A stretch of DNA of 64,000 nt from Candidatus Spongiisociaceae bacterium (GTDB lineage: Bacteria > Actinomycetota > Acidimicrobiia > Spongiisociales > Spongiisociaceae), in the NCBI GenBank assembly GCA_965262915.1, contig OZ253564.1, positions 4,928,001 to 4,992,000 on the forward strand. The letters are read 5' to 3'. Within the stretch, counting starts at the first letter, position 1. Every line of letters begins with the position of its first letter. Of this stretch, positions 62,326-64,000 are shown piece after piece. A model generated the notes under the pieces. It was not told where the DNA came from. It ran no database searches and saw nothing but the letters and a program-made list of their open reading frames with translations. The position numbers and the translations under genes were made by a program.

Positions 62326-62818
62326 TGTCAGATCTCCTGGTTGCGACGGGCGGCGCCGGACCTCACGGTGGCGAATACTGTCGCTGCGCCGGAAGTGTCC
62401 GAGTCAAACTTCAGCCCGCGGAAGCGCATACGCCGCTTCCAAGTCGTTGTTGCTCTGTGTGGCCCAATCCACGTACTCAAAATCGGAATGGGCGGTGGCC
62501 GTGCCCTCATCGGTTTTCCACGCGATAATGAAGTCATAAGCCGGTTGCCCGATCATATTGAGCGTGCTGAGCGTAGCATTCAACCGCCTCGCTATCACCC
62601 TGACGAAGTCACCCAGCGTGATGGTAGTAGTGGGGCCGGTCCATTCCGGTAGGAAACGGACCAAGGCCTGACCGGGTTCGGGCTGACCACGGATCCGCTG
62701 GTGAGCAACGGGAACCTCATCATCTCGGAGACGATCCGCACGCTGGTCCCGTGATCCTCGGGGTTGATCCGTTGCTCACGGAGCGCATCTGGGCGGATCT
62801 GGTTGTGAGGAGCCCTCA

Positions 62819-63117
62819 TTACCTGATGACGCCGCCACTGCTCGCCATGAAGGCTTCCATCTTCTCAACCAGTGGGCGGATACCTTGGGGGGTGCGCTCG
62901 ATGAGGCCCAAGGCGATGAGCCGGCTTATGTCACGGGTCACGGTCTTGGAGGTCTTTCCGGCATAGGCCGCCGCCAGATGCGGGGTGAGCAAGGTGATCT
63001 CCGAGCGCGGCGTGGGATCGGACGGCGATAGAGAAAGCACCAACTGGCGTTGCCTGCGCCCGGCGGCCGTGTCGTGGCGGCGCATCGCCTCGTCGACGTA
63101 ACTCTGCCAGGCCAGCG
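62819..63117 (-). pseudogene. C-terminal HTH part of a Fic-family-like protein, interrupted by IS1182
   Basis: W.SYV.E.., RQRQLVL.L, AYAGKTSKTVTRDI..L...GLI; reading frame cut at CTAG 63118-63121. Confidence 0.55.
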
Positions 63118-63121
63118 CTAG

Positions 63122-64000
63122 GAGACTGCTGATTTAATCGGTCCTGTTTGTTGGTGGGTTCGCGTTTTGGGTTTGTTAGGATTATTGTAGTGGTATGCAG
63201 GGTAGTGAACGTGGTGATCGTGAGTTTCTGGACGCGATGGAACTGTGCGGGGAGCTGGTTCCGGAGGATTCGGTGTACCAGTTTTTGGCTGAACACCGCC
63301 GGCGCTTGTTTCCCGCCGAGATGTTCTCCGATTTGTTCGGTAGTGGACGGGGCCGTCCTTCAACACCGGGGTCGGTGGTAGCGACGGTGATGGTCCTCCA
63401 GGCGTTGGAGTGCCTCTCGGACCGGGAAGCGGTCCAGCGGCTGCGTCGTGATATAGCGTGGAAAGCAGCAGCGGGTCTGTCGCTGACTGATGGGGGGTTC
63501 CACCCGACGGTGCTGACGCTGTGGCGTGCAAGGCTGCGGGCCAGTGACCGACCTGAGCGTATCTTCGACGCGGTGCGCGAGGTGGTTTCCGCCTGTGGGG
63601 TGTTGGCGAACAAGGGTCGCCGGGCGCTGGACTCGACCATCCTGCACGACGCGGTTGTTACCCAGGACACGGTGACGATGATCTCATCGCAGATAAGGCG
63701 TTGCCGCCGTCTGATTCCCGAAGCGGCCGACCTGGTGCTGGTGGCCCATGATTACGAGTCGAAGACCAAACCGTCCTGCGACTGGTCTGATCCCGACAGC
63801 CGCTCCGAGCTGGTGGATGGTTTGGTCACCGACGGTCTAGCGGTGATCGAAGCAGTCAACAACGTCAAGTTGGATCCCGACCAGGCCGACGCGATAGGTC
63901 TGTTGGGAGTGGTGACGGGCCAGGATGTGGAACCGGACCCGGATAGGGAAGGCCGATGGCGGATAGCGCGGCGTGTGGCCAAGGACCGGACCATATCGAC
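63122..64000 (+). mobile_element. Second IS1182-family element, diverged paralog; transposase from 63195 runs off the window
   Basis: CTAG followed by GAGACTGCTGATT; colinear with 57928 onward. Confidence 0.88.

Noticed and set aside
62404-62753. Short ORF fragments between the Cache gene and the fic-like remnant
   Set aside because: Probably gene remnants, but no recognisable family, so not called.

Overview
High-GC actinobacterial-type DNA. The gene set, with FN3, PD40, Cache and heptad-repeat surface proteins, resembles Acidimicrobiia symbionts; this taxonomy is inference only. The window has three parts. (1) 1-13.4 kb is accessory: a NYN RNase gene with a divergent small-RNA-like unit, an XRE-ImmA/hypothetical/tyrosine recombinase module, and a decaying pyridine-ring catabolic cluster around a nicX-like dioxygenase. 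(2) 13.4-43 kb is mostly intact housekeeping and transport genes (kbl, fdhD, mog, surE, ABC transporters, vapBC, tandem RNase H). (3) 43-64 kb is heavily decayed and IS-rich: IS110 inside an ISL3 end, IS30 inside IS3, and IS1182 inside hsdR and fic-like remnants. The best candidates for new biology are a promoter-hairpin-terminator sRNA unit head-to-head with the NYN gene, a duplicated ~412-bp structured non-coding cassette in front of surface-protein genes, and a fixed-length ~144-bp MITE family whose terminal repeats co-vary. No rRNA, tRNA or CRISPR array was seen. All family calls come from motif recognition by eye; no searches were run.
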